From contig NC_086107.1 of assembly GCF_963921235.1 (NCBI RefSeq), positions 95,730,001-95,794,000 of the forward strand: DNA of 64,000 nt. The letters are read 5' to 3'. How positions within the stretch are numbered: the first letter of the stretch is position 1; the number at the start of each line of letters is the position of its first letter. The stretch comes from Mobula hypostoma (lineage: Eukaryota). The position numbers and the translations under genes are program-made. Positions 10,709-24,039 of this stretch are shown piece after piece. Under the pieces are notes generated by a model. That model saw only the letters and a list, made by a program, of their open reading frames with translations. It did not search any database and was not told where the DNA came from.

Positions 10709-11911
10709 ACTTTAGTTTCTCCCTCTCAAATTTCTGGGTGAATTCTGTCATATTATGATCACTGCCTCCTAAGGGTCCCTTTACCTAAAGCTCTCTAATC
10801 AAATCCTGTCCATTACAGAAAACCCAATCCAGAATAGCTGATCCCCTCGTGGGCTCAACCACAAATTGCTCTAAAAAGCCATGTCATAAGCATTCTTCAA
10901 ATTCTCTCTTGAGATCCAGCACCAACCTAGTTTTCCCAATCTACCTGCATATTACAGTCCCCCATGACTATTGTAACATTGCCCTTTTGACATGCCTTTT
11001 CTATCACCCATTGTAATTTGCAGCCAACTTCCTGACTACTTTTCAGTGGCCTCTATATAACTCCCACGAGGGTCTTTTTACCCTTGCAGTTTCTTATTTC
11101 TACCTACAAGGATTCTATATCTTCCAATCCTATGTCACCTCTTTCTAAGGATTTAATTCCATTTTTTACCAACAGAGCCCTGCCACCCCTCTGCTGATTT
11201 GCCTGACCTTTTGATACACTGTGGATTCTTGGATGTTAAACTCCCAGCTATAATCTTCTTTCAGCCATGACTCAGTGATGCCCACAGCATCATACCTGCC
11301 AATCTCTAAGTGCATACAAGATCATCTACTTTATTCCATAAACTGCATGCCTTCAATTATAATGCCTTCAGTTCTGTATTCATCATCCTTTTCAATTTTT
11401 TCCCCATGTTACATTTCAACTAGTCCCACTGACTGCGATTTTGTCGTAACATCTGCCTGTCCTTCCTCACAGTCTCACTACACACTGTTTGTGCTTGTAT
11501 ATCAACTGCCCCATCCTCATCCCTATGACTCTGGTTTTCACCGCCCTGTAAAATTAGTTTAAACCCTCCCCAACACCTCTAGCAAACCTGTCCACAAGGT
11601 CCCTCTCGGGTTCAGGTGTAGCCCATTTCTTTTGTACAGGTCATATATTCCCCAGAAGGGATACCAATAATCCAGAAATATGAACCCCTGCCCTCTGCAC
11701 CAGTTCCTCAACCACACATTAATCTGCCAAATCATCCTATTCTTACATGGCACAGGCAGCAATCCAGAGATTACTACCCTGGAGGTCCTGTTTTTCAGCT
11801 TTCTACCTAACTCCCTAAACTTTCTTGTCAAGAATTCCTCCCTTTTCCTACCCATGTCATTGGTGCCAATATGTACTATGACTGCCCCTTTAGAACACTG
11901 TGGAGCTGATT

Positions 11912-12217
11912 GTGTTGGCACGTGGTCAAGTGGTTAAGGCATCGGTCTAGTGATCTGAAGGTCGTTAGTTCGAACCTCAGCTGAGGCAGTGTGTTGTGTC
12001 CTTGAGCAAGGCACTGAAATACACATTGCTCTGCGACGACACTGGTGCCAAGCTGTATTGGCCCTAGTGCCCTTGCCTTGGTCAACATCGGTGGCGTGGA
12101 GAGGGGAGACTTGCAGCATGGGCAACTGCCAGTCTTCCATACAACCTTGCCCAGGCCTGCGCCCTGGAAACCTTCCAAGGTGCAAGTCCATGGTCTCACG
12201 AGACTAGCAGATGCCTT
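11912..12217 (+). mobile_element. tRNA-derived SINE (family A)
   Basis: A box TGGTCAAGTGG, B box GTTCGAAC, body tgtgtccttgagcaaggcac. Five copies in the window. Confidence 0.85.
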
Positions 12218-13121
12218 TAAGGAGCTGATCCAAAACATCCCTGACTCAGACACCCGGGAGGCAACATATCTGCATGTCTCTGTTGTGTTCACAGAACCCT
12301 GCGTCTACTTCTCTAAATATGGAATTCCCTTTTTCCCTTCTGAGCCACAGTGCCAGATTCAGTGCCAGAGACCCGGTTGCTGAGCCCCAGTAGGTCTGTC
12401 CCCCAACAGTATCCAAGACAGTAGACTTATTACTGAGGGGAATAGCCACAGGGGTACTTTGCAATAGCTGCCCATTTCCATTCCCCCCCCCCCACCCCGA
12501 CAGTCACCTCACCCTATTTGCCCTCGCAAATGAATCACTATTTGATTGTGCCGCAATGAAAATGCCACAAGCCAGCAGACGCTCCTTTTTAAAATCTCAG
12601 TCATGGACTTGTAGGTCACCTCCTCTCCTGCTCCTGATTTGACTGGATTGCGGGGAAAAAAAAGTTAATAATTTAAGTAATCAGTTACTGTCAATTGAAT
12701 GATTACCCACTCGCTACTTGTCACTAGTTAGTGGAGACAGTGTAGGTTGCAGGCATTTTTCCCCATATCAGTGGTGGACAGACCAAGTGACCGTAGATTT
12801 AGGGTAAGTGGGAAGAGGTTCAGGGAGGATACAAAGGGATCTCTTTCACACAGAAAGTGGTGAGTACCTGGAATTTTCTGCTGGACAGTGCAGTTGTACT
12901 GGAGTCACTGACAGCATTTAAGAAGTTTCTTGATGAACACTTGAATCCCTCAGAAGGTCAAGTGCTGGAAGTTGGGCTTAGTGCAGATGAGAGCCCATTG
13001 TTTGGTGTGATGGGACTATGTCCATCTCCCGATGAACTGGCCACTGGTGAGGATTCTGACAACAAATATTAAATTATAAACAGATTTCTTTTCTGAAATG
13101 AAAAAGTTCTTGGCAACTTAC

Positions 13122-13410
13122 AGTTTCCTTCTGTGGGTGAGTTGGACGATGACCACTTCTGCTCAGCCCTTTGTCTGGTCGATGCCAGCAGGCAGAGGAA
13201 CCAAAGGAAGAGTGCAGGACACTGACTGATAGAGGGCAAGATCCTTGTCTTCGGTTGTTGCCAGGGACTGAACCAACGTGTGAGCCGCTTCCTGGATGCT
13301 GTGTCTGTTGCCACTGAGGCAGACGGTGCCTTTAATGCACCTGTCAGCTCACTCAGCCGTACGAAGTCCCACCCCTTCTCCTCCCCTCCCCTGGAACTCA
13401 GTCAGTGAAT
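13122..13410 (-). promoter_or_regulatory. Probable promoter and non-coding exon 1 of the PTH-like gene
   Basis: G-rich boxes, TATA-like CATTAAA (13337-13331), ~185 nt ATG-free leader ending at donor ACT|GTAAGT (13121-13116). Conserved in an inverted copy at 58240-58610. Confidence 0.6.
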
Positions 13411-13654
13411 TGCTCTTCGCCCCACACGTCTCCTTTAAACTTTCACTCTTACCTACATGTTCTCTAGTATTTGACATTTCTACCTTGGGGAAAAAGATAT
13501 TCTGACTGTCTCCCCTACTTATGACTCTCTAATTGTGTATTTCACAATTCCACTCAGATCCCCACTCAGTCCTTGCTTCTTCAGAAAAAACAAATTAACT
13601 GGTCCTTGGTCCATCCTGCTGACAGTGGGTAGCACATGGGAGACTGGGATTCAG

Positions 13655-14195
13655 TTCCCTGATTGGGAAGAGCTGACTGGTGAGCTCACACTTGGAGTAT
13701 TGTGTATACTCTCCTGATTGGGAGAGAGTTGGGTGGTGAGACCACATTGGAGTAATGTGTATACTTTCCTGATTGGGAGGGAGTTGGGTGATGAGACCAC
13801 ATTGGAGTAATGTGTATACTTTCCTGATTGGGAGGGAGTTGGGTGGTGAGATTGTATTGGAGTATTGTGTATACTCTCCTGATTGGGAGAGTGTTGGGTG
13901 GTGAGACCATATTGGAGTATTGTGTATACTTCCCTGATTGGGAGAGAGTTGGGTGGTGAGACCATATTGGAGTAATGTGTATACTCTTCTGATTGGGAGA
14001 GTGTTGGGTGGTGAGACCATATTGGAGTAATGTGTATACTTCCCTGTTTGGGAGAGAGTTGGGTGGTGAGACCATATTGGAGTAATGTGTATACTCTTCT
14101 GATTGGGAGAGTGTTGGGTGGTGAGACCATATTGGAGTAATGTGTATACTTTCCTGATTGGGAGGGAGTTGGGTGGTGAGATTGTATTGGAGTAC
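13655..14195. repeat. 55-bp minisatellite, ~9-10 units
   Basis: Unit start recurs every 55 bp (gattg at 13716, 13771, 13826, 13881 ... 14156). Unit: gattgggagagagttgggtggtgagaccatattggagtaatgtgtatactctcct. Confidence 0.95.
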
Positions 14196-14289
14196 TTTAT
14201 AGTGGTGTATAAAATCATGAACTGTATAGATAAGGTGAACTCACAAAGTCTTATTCCTGCGTTGTGGCAAGACGTACTCCTGTCCTCTA

Positions 14290-14862
14290 CCATCTTTGCA
14301 ATAAAGGTCGTCTAAAACTTTGGCAAACTTCTATAGATGTGCAATGGAGAGTATTACTGTCGGGTTGCATCACAGGCTGGAATGGTAGCGCCAATGACCA
14401 TGAATGGAAAATTCTACAAAATGTAGTAGATACGGCCCAGTCCATCACAGGTAGAGCAACCCCCACAATTCATTGAGCACACCTACAAGGAGCGCTGTTG
14501 AAGGAAAGTAGCATCCATTATCAAGGCCATGCTCTCTTCTCACTGCTGCCATCGGAAAGGAGGTACAGGAGCCTTCCGTCTCTACTACCAGGTGCAGGAA
14601 CAGTTATTACCCGTCAACCATCAGGCTCCGGAACCAGAGTGGATAACTTCACTCACACCTATTGTCACACTTTCATGGACTCTACAACTCATGTTCTCAA
14701 TATGAATTTATTTATTATTATTTTGTGTTTTTTTCTCTTTTTGTATTTGCACAATTTGTTGCCTTTTGCACATTGCTTGTTTTTCATCGATTCTAGTGTG
14801 TTTCTTTGCCTTTACTTCGACTGCCCGCAAGAAAATGAATCTCAGAGTTGAACTTGAACTTT
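14290..14862 (+). mobile_element. Rex1/Babar-like LINE 3' fragment
   Basis: LSGCITGW and HALFSLLPS.RRYRS remnants; aagaaaatgaatctcag...(cttgaa)n tail. Confidence 0.7.
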
Positions 14863-16164
14863 GATGCTTTCCTTTGTCTCTTCAATTATTTCCTCATCCA
14901 CGTACTAACTTCTTAAGTTCTGTGCATCAGGATATAGAACACCCTGTAGACGCTGACACTTGACAAACCTTAACCGATATTCTGCATTTCTGTTCTTTCT
15001 ATCAATGTGGAGAAGTTTGCATTTCCACACAACTCTCTGCACTTGGCATTAATCTGTGCATATACATTGCTCTTCTGTGTCCACTTTCAGACACTTTGAG
15101 GCATCGGTCAGACCGCACTTGAAATATTGTCAGCAGTTTTGGGCCCTTTATCCAAGCATTGGAGAAGGTCCAGAGGAGGTTCATAAGAATGATCCCAGGA
15201 ATGAGAGGTTTAATGGGCAAGAAGGATTTGATGACTCTGCGCCTGTACTCTTCTTCTGTCAGTCTCGTAAATGTAAACCATCTCCCTCAAAAGATAAGTG
15301 GCAGGTCAGGCTTTTTGCACTACGCTCCTCAACTATGGAACTCAATACCTATAACTATAAGGGATGCAGACTCAGGTGGCACTTCTAAACACCAGCTTAA
15401 AACTTATTTATTTAACCTTGCTTTTAACTAACCTCTTTTTGTCTTTTATTTTCATGTTTGCACTTTATCCCATTGTAAAGTGCTTTGAACTAGATCATCT
15501 GTATGGAAAGTGCTCTATAAATGAAGTTATTATTTCTTGCTGAAGTTTAGAAGAATGAGGGAGGATCTCATTGAAACCCATCAAATGTTGAAAGGCCTAG
15601 ATAGAGTGAGTGTGGAGGGGATGTTTCCTAGAGTGGGGGGAGTTTTGGACCTGAGGACACACTCGGAATAGAGGATGCCCTTTTAGAACAGAGATGAGGA
15701 GAAATTTCTTTAGCCAGAGGGTGGTGAATCTGTGAAATTTTTTTGCAGAGATGGCTGTGGAGGCCAAGTCATTGAGTATATTTAAAGCAAAGGCTTATAG
15801 GTTCTTGATCAGTGAAGGTGTCAAAGGTTATGGAGTGAAGGCAGGAGAACTGGGTTGAGGGAGATAATGAATCAGCCATGATGAAATGATGCAGCAGACT
15901 CAATGGGTCAAATAACCTAATTCTGCTCCTATATAATGTTATGAGAAACATCACAGACCAGGTGAAAGCACTGTGTTTCTTTCTCAGGGAAAGGGAATCA
16001 AGGAATTAGAGGCACAGGTTCAAGGTGAGAGAGGAAAGATTTTAAAAGATTTAAGAGGGAGCTAGGGGTTAACTTCATACAGAGGAGAATGAGTACGTGG
16101 AATGAGCTGCCAAAGTGGCTGAGGTGGGTGCAAAAACAACTATCGCCAGAAGAAGGTTGCATAT

Positions 16165-16310
16165 GCTAACAAGAGAAAATCTGCAGATGCTGGAATTCCA
16201 AACAACACCCACAAAATGCTGGAGAAACTCAGCAGGCCAAGCCTGAAACATTGACTGTACTTTTTTTTCCATAAATGCTGCCTGGCCTGCTGAGATCCTC
16301 CAGGATTTTG
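16165..16310 (-). mobile_element. Penelope-like element terminal fragment
   Basis: aaatctgcagatgctgga...tcagcaggcca, shared with 45468-46070, followed by an inverted partial copy. Confidence 0.6.
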
Positions 16311-16752
16311 TGAGGGCTGCACTGACCCTGATTAGCTGCCCAGCTTGTCGCTGGGTCCACTTGAATGAACCCTGAATGAAGCTCCAAGTGGTATTTCCCA
16401 TTCAAAAGGCAGGCAGCTTGATGGAGTGTCAACTCTCTGATCTTCTCTCTGCTGCTCAGGGCAGCTGGCCTGCTGAGCTTCTATTCCATGGTGACCCTGC
16501 CAGGATGTTGATGGTGGGGGATTTGACCATAGGAATGACACTGATTGTTAAGGACTGATGAGCAGACTTTGTTGGAGATGGTCATAGCCATCTGTGCTTG
16601 CTGGCTGTTCCCCTGAGGTCTGTGGTGGTGGTGCACTGAGATGGCCCATGCTGGGATCTGCTCTGGCTGAGCCTTTAATACTTATCTACCTCTATCACAC
16701 CATCTTTTAGCCTCCTTTGCTCCAGGGAAAGCGAACTCACCCTGTCCATTTT

Positions 16753-17060
16753 AAGGCATCCATTAGTCTTGCGAGACCATGGATCTGCACCTGGAAAGTC
16801 TTCACTCTCCAGGGCGCAGGCCTGGGCAAGATTGTATGGAAGACAGGCAGTTGCCCATGCTGCAAGTCTCCCCTCTCCACGACACCGATGTTGTCCAAGG
16901 GAAGGGTATTAGGACCCATACAGCTTGGCACCGGTGTCATCGCAGAGCAATGTGTGATTAAGTGCCTTGCTCAAGGACACAACATCTTCCCTCGGCTGGG
17001 GCTCGAACTCACGACCTTCAGGTCGCTAGTCCAATGCCTTAACCACTTGGCCACGTGCCC
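16753..17060 (-). mobile_element. tRNA-derived SINE (family A)
   Basis: Reverse complement of 11912-12217. Confidence 0.85.
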
Positions 17061-17890
17061 TGTCCAATCTCTTCCCATAACTGATGCGTGCCAATGCAGA
17101 GAACATCTTGGCGAATCTTGTCTTCACTCTCCCCGTTGTAATCACATCTTTCCTAATAGGTAGCCAGCAGGACTGCGCACAATGCTCCAAGTACACCCTA
17201 ACCAGCGTCTTGTAAAGTTCTGATAGAACAAGCCATCTCTGGTACTCTGTGATCTGACCTATGAAGACTAGCATGTTGCTTGACTTCACCATCCCATCTA
17301 CCTGTGTCTGTACAGGCCCCACCAAGCCCAGAAGTAACCCATTGACCCAAAGATCTCCCTCCTATACCAGCTCTGTAGCTGCAAGATTATGAGTCTGATT
17401 CTCCTTTTTCCATCCTCACCAACATGTGGAATGTGGAGTAATCTTGAGATTACATCTCAGAGATCCTGCCTAACACCCAAAATTCATTCTGCAGGACCTC
17501 GTCCCTCTATCTACATCATCTGTCCCAAAGTGCTTTAAGGCTTTGGCAATTCTCCGTCCCTTGCAGAACATTCTGTTCCTGATCTGAGACATTCCCAACT
17601 TTGGCACCAGGGTTGAGGTCTGAACCTCAGACACAGAGGGGCCTGTGTGTTCCCCGACAAACTAACAATGCTTTATTAAATAAAAAAGCTTGGTGATTGC
17701 CTGTATTGGAGTCTATTATCTCATGTAGGCAGATGAGCTCAGGCTGAACTACGCAATGGCACAGGACATTTGGTCACAGCCTACAATTCTTCAGGACAAA
17801 TGCACTGATATTATGTACTACGTGTCCTAGAGTATGCCTATCACTGGTCTGCTGTGGATATTTTATAACAGTTCCAATTTCTGTCTCCAG

Positions 17891-20744
17891 CTGGAGGTAT
17901 CTACATAGTCATTCAAACAAACGCAAAGTTCACGACAGACAAATGGCAAGAGAATTAGAAACATAGAAACATAGAAAATAGGTACAGGAGTAGGCCATTT
18001 GGCCCTTCGAGCCTGCACCGCCATTCAGTATGATCATAGCTGATCATCCAACTCTGAACCCTGTACCAGCCTTCCCTCCATACCCCCTGATCCCTTTAGC
18101 CACAAGGGCCATATCTAACTCCCTCTTAAGTATAGCCAATGAACTGGCCTCAACTGTTTCCTGTGGCAGAGAATTCCATAGATTCACCACTCTCTGTGTG
18201 AAGAAGATTTTCCTCATCTTGGTCCTAAAAGGCTTCCCCTTTGTCCTTAAACTGTGACCCCTCGTTCTGGACTTCCCCAACATCGGGATCAATCTTCCTG
18301 CATCTAGCCTGTCCAATCGCTTTAGGATTTTATACGTTTCAATAAGATACCCCCTCAATCTTCTAAATTCCAGCGAGTATAAGCCTAGTCGATCCAGTCT
18401 TTCATCATATGAAAGTCCTGCCATCCCAGGAATCAATCTGGTGAACCTTCTTTGTACTCCCTCTATGGCAAGAATGTCTTTCCTCAGATTAGGGGACCAA
18501 AACTGCACACAATACTCCAGGTGTGGTCTCACCAAGGCCTTGTACAACTGCAGTAGTACCTCCCTGCTCTTGTACTCGAATCCTCTTGCTATGAATGCCA
18601 GCATACCATTCGCCTTTTTCACCACCTGCTGTACCTGCATGCCCACTTTCAATGACTGGTGTATAATGACACCCAGGTCTCATTGCACCTCCCCTTTTCC
18701 TAATTGGCCCCCATTCAGATAATAATCTGTTTTCCTGTTTTTGCCACAAAAGTGGATAACCTCACATTTATCCACATTAAATTGCATCTGCCATGAATTT
18801 GCCCACTCACCTAACCTATCCAAGTCACCCTGCATCCTCTTAGCATCCTCCTCACAGCTAACACTGCTGCCCAGCTTCGTGTCATCCGCAAACTTGGAGA
18901 TGCTGCATTTAATTCCCTCATCTAAGTCATTACTATATATTGTAAACAACTGGGGTCCCAGCACTGAGCCTTGCGGTACCCCACTAGTCACTGCCTGCCA
19001 TTCTGAAAAGGTCCCGTTTATTCCTACTCTTTGCTTCCTGTCTGCCAACCAATTCTCTATCTACATCAATACCATTCCCCCAATACCGTGTGCTTTAAGT
19101 TTGCACACTAATCTCCTGTGTGGGACCGTGTCAAAAGCCTTTTGAAAATCCAAATATACCACATCCACTGGTTCTCCCCCATCCACCCTACTAGTTACAT
19201 CCTCAAAAAATCCTATGAGATTCGTCAGACATGACTTTCCTTTCACAAATCCATACTGACTTTGTCCGATGATTTCACCACTTTCCAAATGTGCTGTTAT
19301 CACATCTTTGATAACTGACTCTAGCATTTTCCCCACCACCGACGTTAGGCTAATCGGTCTATAATTCCCCGGTTTTTCTCTCCCTCCTTTTTTAAAAAGC
19401 GGGGTTACATTAGCCACCCTCCAATCCTCAGAAACTAGTCCAGAATCTAAAGAGTTATGAAAAATTATCACTAATGCATCCACTATTTCTTGGGCCACTT
19501 CCTTAAGCATTCTGGGATGCAGACCATCTGGCCCTGGGGATTTATCTGCCTTTAATCCCTTCAATTTACCTAATACCACTTCCCGACTAACATGTATTTC
19601 CCTCAGTTCCCCCATCTCACTAGACTCTCGGTCCCCTACTATTTCCGAAAGGTTATTTATGTCCTCTTTAGTGAAGACAGAACCAAAGTAGTTATTCAAT
19701 TGGTCTGCCATGTCCTTGTTCCCCATGATCAATTCACCTGTTTCTGACTGTAAGGAACCTACATTTGTCTTAACCAAACTTTTTCTTTTCACATATCTAT
19801 AAAAGCTTTTACAGGTTCCCTGCCAGTTTTCTCTCGTAATTTTTTTTTTCCTTTCCTAATCAGATTTCCTCGTGTTTGAGATTTACCAGGGTACTGCCTG
19901 GTTTAGCGGGTATGGATTTTGATCAGAGATTAAGGGAGCTAGGGCTTTACTCTTTGGAGAGGAGGAGGATGATAGGATACATGATAGAGGTGTACAAGAT
20001 ATTAAGAGGAATAGATAGAGTGGATAGCCTTCGCCTCTTCCCCAGGGCACCACTGCTCAATACGAGGGGACATGGCTTTAAGGTAAGGGGTGGGAAGTTC
20101 AAGGGGGATATTAGAGGAAGGTTTTTTACTCAGAGAGTGGTTGGTGCGTGGAATGCACTGCCTGAGTCAGTGGTGGAGGCAGATACACTAGTGAGGTTTA
20201 AGAGACTACTAGACAGGTACATGGAGGAATTTAAGGTGGGGGGTTATATGGGAGTCAGGGTTTCAGGGTCGGCACAACATTGTGGGCTGAAGGGCCTGTA
20301 CTGTGCTGTACTATTCTATGTTAAACCCTTTGTCCTCTTCTGCTGGACTCTGAATTTCTCCCAGTCCTCAGGTGTGCTGCTTTTTCTGGCTAACTTGTAT
20401 GTTTCTTCTTTGGAATTGATACTATCCCTAATTTCCCTCGTCAGCCATGGGTGCACTACCTTCCCTGGTTTATTCTTTTTCCAAACTGGGATGAACAATT
20501 GTTGTAGTTCATCCATGCGATCTTTAAATGCTTGCCATTGCATATCCACCATCAACCCTTTAAGTATCATTTGCCAGTCTATCTTAGCTAATTCATGTCT
20601 CATACCTTCAAAGTTCCCTCCTCAAAATTATGTGCTGATGGGTCCATATTTTGGTGTGATGTCAGAACGCTGGTGCAGCTGGTGGACCCACAGAACCCTG
20701 CTATCAGACGCACCGTTGACTCAATAAACTCCAAGCACAGTAAG
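17891..20744 (+). pseudogene. GYS: Glycogen synthase pseudogene, exon-2 equivalent, split by a CR1 insertion (17891-17957 and 20626-20744)
   Basis: Acceptor tttctgtctccag|; GGIYIVIQTNAKFTTDKWQENY/VLMGPYF, frameshift, DVRTLVQLVDPQNPAIRRTVDSINSKHSK, versus recalled GYS1 [49 protein letters not shown]. Donor is mutated (AAG|ct). AATTA flanks the insertion on both sides. Confidence 0.9.
17958..20620 (-). mobile_element. CR1 LINE (5'-truncated ORF2) with a nested opposite-strand CR1 3' end at ~19877-20320
   Basis: ORFs 19061-19792, 18680-19048 and 18044-18652 carry RT motifs (YLDFQKAFD, GVPQGSVLGP, FADD); (TTCTATGT)n tail. Confidence 0.92.
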
Positions 20745-21049
20745 CTACCATGTGCCTTTATTTATTTCATTTGATTTAGTGATACAGTGTGGAGTAGGCC
20801 CTTCTGCCCCTCCGAGCCATGCTGCCCCAACAACCCCGATGAACCCTAACCTACTCACGGGACAATTTACAATGACCAAGTAACCTACTTAGTATGTTTT
20901 TGGATGGTGGGAAGGAACCCAGGGAAGACCCATGCGTTCCGCAGGGAGGATGTGCAGACTCCTTACGGAATGGCACTGGAGTTGAACTCTGACCTCTGGA
21001 ATGCCCCCAGCTGCAATAGCATCGTGCTATTGGGAGGGGGGTAAGACCT

Positions 21050-21800
21050 GAATTTGCGTTGGCTTTCAACAAGGAGATTCACTGTGTCCACATCAATTTT
21101 CACAATGGCAACAGTGAACCAAAGCTTGACAAGTATTTTCAGTTAACATGCTTCATTGTAAAGGAGGTGCATTAAATGGCCATCGATAAAACCCAGACCC
21201 CAGATGCGCTGTTGTAAAACTTTATTCAATCTCCTGTGCCTGGCCACCTTTTCATGTCCCACTGTGATTTTCAGCTCCTTCACTAGTGCACTGCCAGTAA
21301 AGGAACACGTTCAGGAATTTACCAACCAGTCTTTCTAAAACATGTCCTGACAGTTTTGTACTTTGAGACATGGATGCAAAAGCCATGACAAAGTATCGAC
21401 CCTAGAAAGTACTTCAAGTAAAATAATTTTGTTTAAATACAGGTATCTATTTCAAAATCATCCTGGATATTAAGGTGATAATTACAGTCTGCGCTACTGT
21501 AAAAGCTGGATTTCTGCAGGACAGTAAGCTGAGCCCAAACATCGACAGCTGGTCCATTTTAAAAATATCTTTCACTCTGGTAAAATGGTCGTGAAAATCG
21601 CGCACTGTTTCTGCTGGTTTGCTGCCTTTGTGAATTGTTCACACTGCTGAGGTACTCAGCCACTGGACACCAGCGACCCACTGTCTCAAGTGCCAGCAGG
21701 AATCATCACTGGAAACGTCCACGTCCAGCACACAACTCTGGGATGCTTATGGCCACCTTGTGTTGACGTCCACAATGAACAGAATGGGTACGTTTAGCAT
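21050..21800 (-). pseudogene. Decayed coding segment, possibly dynein-heavy-chain-like tail region
   Basis: Protein-like frames broken by stops and frameshifts: VRDFHDHFTRVKDIFKM..., LEVLSRVDTLSWLLHPCLKVQKL..., RHRRLNKVLQQRIWGLGFIDGHLMHLLYNEAC*LK. Confidence 0.4.
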
Positions 21801-22649
21801 ATTGTCATGAGTGGTTAGACTGACTGGAGAATGTTCATCTCTTTTCCTGTTTGTCCGATTCCAAGTAGGTTAGAGGGAGTCAGAGTCTCTACAGTTCCCT
21901 CCTCGGTTAAGACCGCAGATCAAAGCAGAAGGAATTTCTGGTGATAGATGCAGGTCAGCTGTGATATCATGACATGGATGAGCAGACTGGAGGAGCTAAA
22001 AGGTTCCTCTAGGACAACGTCCTTATGTTCAGTTTTCTGTACCTCAACAAGCAGCCCAGTTGTGCATAACTAACTCTAAACAAAGGAATGAGATCAATGG
22101 TTACCCCCACGTTGGCCATTGTGTGAGTGGGCCGGTGTTAGATGGAGGGTTTGAGGCTTTGGCATGAAGAGACAAAGGCTAAGATAAGTTTCGGGTGGGT
22201 TTATGTCTGCGTCTATTACTGCCTAGCTAGTGTAGTGAGAATGGATCTGGAGTCAGTGGTCTGCTCTTTATGTCAGATGCGGGAATTCTGGGGGATCTCC
22301 AGTCTCCCTGATAGCTACATTTGCATGAGGTGCATCCAGCTGCAGCTCTTTAATTTGCTCTGTTAGGGAATGGCAGCTGCTGCAAGATGCCCTTTGTCTC
22401 ATGCAGAAGAATGAGAAGGAGATAGATAAGGTCTACAGAGAGATAGTCACTCCTAAATTGCAGGAGGCTGGTAGCTGGGTGACTGCCAGGAAAGGGGATG
22501 GGAATAGGCAGGCAGTGCAGTGTACTCCTATGCTGTTCCCCACAATAAAAAGAATAAGACTTTCAATACCGTTGGGAGTGCTGGGGGGATTCTCCTACCG
22601 GGGGAAAGCCACACAGAGCTTCGAGTTGCTCATTATTTCTGCTGCTGAT

Positions 22650-23170
22650 CCTCAAAGGGGACTAGTGTATGCTCTCCTGTCTTCCCCTTCCTGAAGTCTA
22701 CAGTCAGTTCCCTGGTCTTGTTGACACCTAGTGCAAACTTGTTTTTGCAACACCACTCAACCTGCCGATCTATCTCATTATTGTCCTCCTCCTTGCTGCC
22801 ATCTCAGATGCTGCCAATGACAGTGGTTTCATTGGTGAATTTACAGATGGAATTTGAGATGTGTCTAGATACAGTCCTGAGTGTAGAGGGAGCAAAGCTG
22901 TGGGCTAAGCATGCACCCTTGACGTGCTCCTCGGTTGATTGTCACTGAGGTGGAGATGTTATTATCAAACTGCACTGACTGTGGTCTCCTGATGAGGAAG
23001 TCAAGGATCCACTTGTGGGAAACACAGTGGCCCAAGTTTTGAAGCTTGCTGATTAGCACTGAGCCGATGATGATGTTGAACACTGAGCAGTAATGAATAA
23101 ACAGCAGCCTGACATTGGTACAACTGTTGTCCGGATGGCTCAAGGCAAGTGCAAAGCCAGCAAGATTGCA
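22650..23170 (-). mobile_element. Rex1/Babar-like LINE RT fragment
   Basis: WILDFLIRRPQSV, GARQGCMLSPQL. Confidence 0.75.
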
Positions 23171-23694
23171 CCTGCTGTAAACCTGTTCAGATAACGTGCT
23201 GTGTTAATGCCAATGGAGGAGAAAATACCAGCCAGGTCTCCCAGACGATCCCATTCTCTATGAAGTGGTGTTGTGGAATATGTAAAGTCCATATGAGAGG
23301 GGTGAATGTTTCACCCAGTGGGCTCCACAGTGCAGTATTCCCTCAGTGCTGTGTTGGAGTATCAAACTGCACAGAGTGCAAAAGTCTTGAACTTGGGCTG
23401 GAGTTTATAACCTTCTCACCCTGAGCATATTGAGCCACTGGCAAAATCTGTTTCTCCCAAAAGGGCTATGTTAATAAAATTGCAGAAAGCTTCTAAAACA
23501 ATTTTTTTTCAGTAACTCATTGTAGAGTAGGACCGACATACGGGGCCAAATATCTGTCCCTTATTGGACAGGCTGGTGGACTTCGGCAAAGATTCATGCT
23601 GCTGTGTATCAGGAATGCTGATGGGTGAAGAATCAGAAACAGATTTATCATCACTGACTTAGAAAATGGTTTTCCTACATCAGAATTACTGTGA

Positions 23695-24004
23695 GGCATC
23701 CGTTAATCTTGCGAGACCATGGATCTGCACCTGGAAAGTCTTCACACTCCAGGGTGCAGGCCTGGACAAGGTTGTATGGAAGACAGGCAGTTGCCCATGC
23801 TGCAAGTCTCCCCTCTCCACGCCACCGATGTTGTCCAAGGGAAGGGTATTAGGACCCATACAGTTTGGCACCGGTGTCGTCGCAGAGCAATGTGTGATTA
23901 AGTGCCTTGCTCAAGGACACAACACATTGCCTCGGCTGGGGCTCCAACTCACGACCTTCAGATTGCTAATCGAATGCCTTAACCACTTGGCCACATGCCC
24001 ACAC
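23695..24004 (-). mobile_element. tRNA-derived SINE (family A)
   Basis: Same sequence family as 11912-12217. Confidence 0.85.
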
Positions 24005-24039
24005 ATCAGAATTACTATAAAATTTATAAAATAAATAAA

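Larger units (their letters stand above)
8270..12480 (-). mobile_element. Old decayed CR1 LINE (ORF1 esterase, endonuclease and 3' remnants), interrupted by a solo LTR and a SINE
   Basis: HIGTNDMG and NGLHLNPRG (SGNH ORF1) in ORF 11559-11921; QSTPVAIPLSNK; endonuclease-region similarity to 59400-62410. Confidence 0.75.

Noticed and set aside
11912..11985. tRNA gene at SINE heads
   Set aside because: A and B boxes are fused to a constant ~230-bp body in five copies, so these are SINEs.
13595..14293. Long repetitive ORFs and a CRISPR-like look in the 55-bp array
   Set aside because: Head-to-tail minisatellite with no unique spacers, no cas genes and a eukaryotic context. The ORFs are repeat artefacts.
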